This document shows positions 63,901 to 64,000 of a DNA stretch of 64,000 nucleotides, one piece after another. Origin of the DNA: the human T2T-CHM13v2.0 reference genome, Homo sapiens; contig CP086569.2 of the NCBI GenBank assembly GCA_009914755.4, positions 13,792,001 to 13,856,000 of the forward strand, in the 5' to 3' direction. Under the pieces are notes generated by a model. The model was given only the letters and a program-made list of their open reading frames with translations, was not told the origin of the DNA and did not search any database. The translations under genes were made by a program, and so were the position numbers. Positions within the stretch are counted from its first letter, which is position 1; every line of letters begins with the position of its first letter.

Positions 63901-64000
63901 TGATGGGGGGCCTCTATTTTTGTAGAAAACAAAAGCAAGCACATCTTTTCTGAAGGTCTTCAGGAAAAACTGAAACCTGCAATTCAACTTGCTGTTTTCC

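Overview
The window is primate (almost certainly human) Y-chromosome euchromatin, in the X-degenerate AZFa interval. It contains the complete DEAD-box helicase gene DDX3Y (DBY) on the + strand. I reconstructed 17 coding exons by hand, with GT-AG introns and phase-consistent junctions. The exon lengths sum to 1983 nt, which gives 660 aa, and all DEAD-box motifs are present (Q, I AQTGSGKT, Ia PTRELA, Ib [26 protein letters not shown]). Y-specific residues distinguish it from DDX3X ([26 protein letters not shown]...). The ATG is at 21208 and the stop codon TGA at 34391-34393. The gene has a CpG-island promoter (about 20700-22250). A four-copy ~100-bp minisatellite lies about 0.9-1.3 kb upstream of the ATG (19915-20325). 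It resembles the MSY2/DYS440 minisatellite reported for DDX3Y testis-specific transcription. The first 20 kb is presumably the USP9Y-DDX3Y intergenic region. It is repeat-dense: antisense L1 fragments, many Alus, and a degenerate gamma-like (class I) endogenous retrovirus with recognisable RT, RNase H/IN and env-TM remnants and a putative 3' LTR. Downstream of DDX3Y lie a ~2.3 kb 3'UTR with several AATAAA signals, an internally deleted minus-strand provirus (two ~765-bp LTRs flanking gag remnants), more L1/Alu, and two long (TTCC)n tracts fused to antisense Alus. No prokaryotic-type systems are present. Most annotated ORFs in the supplied track are Alu, LTR or low-complexity artefacts. Nothing here looks like an undescribed gene system. 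The more interesting details are the promoter-proximal minisatellite with splice-donor-like motifs, nested or composite retro-insertions with clean target-site duplications (TSDs), and the ERV remnants inside AZFa.
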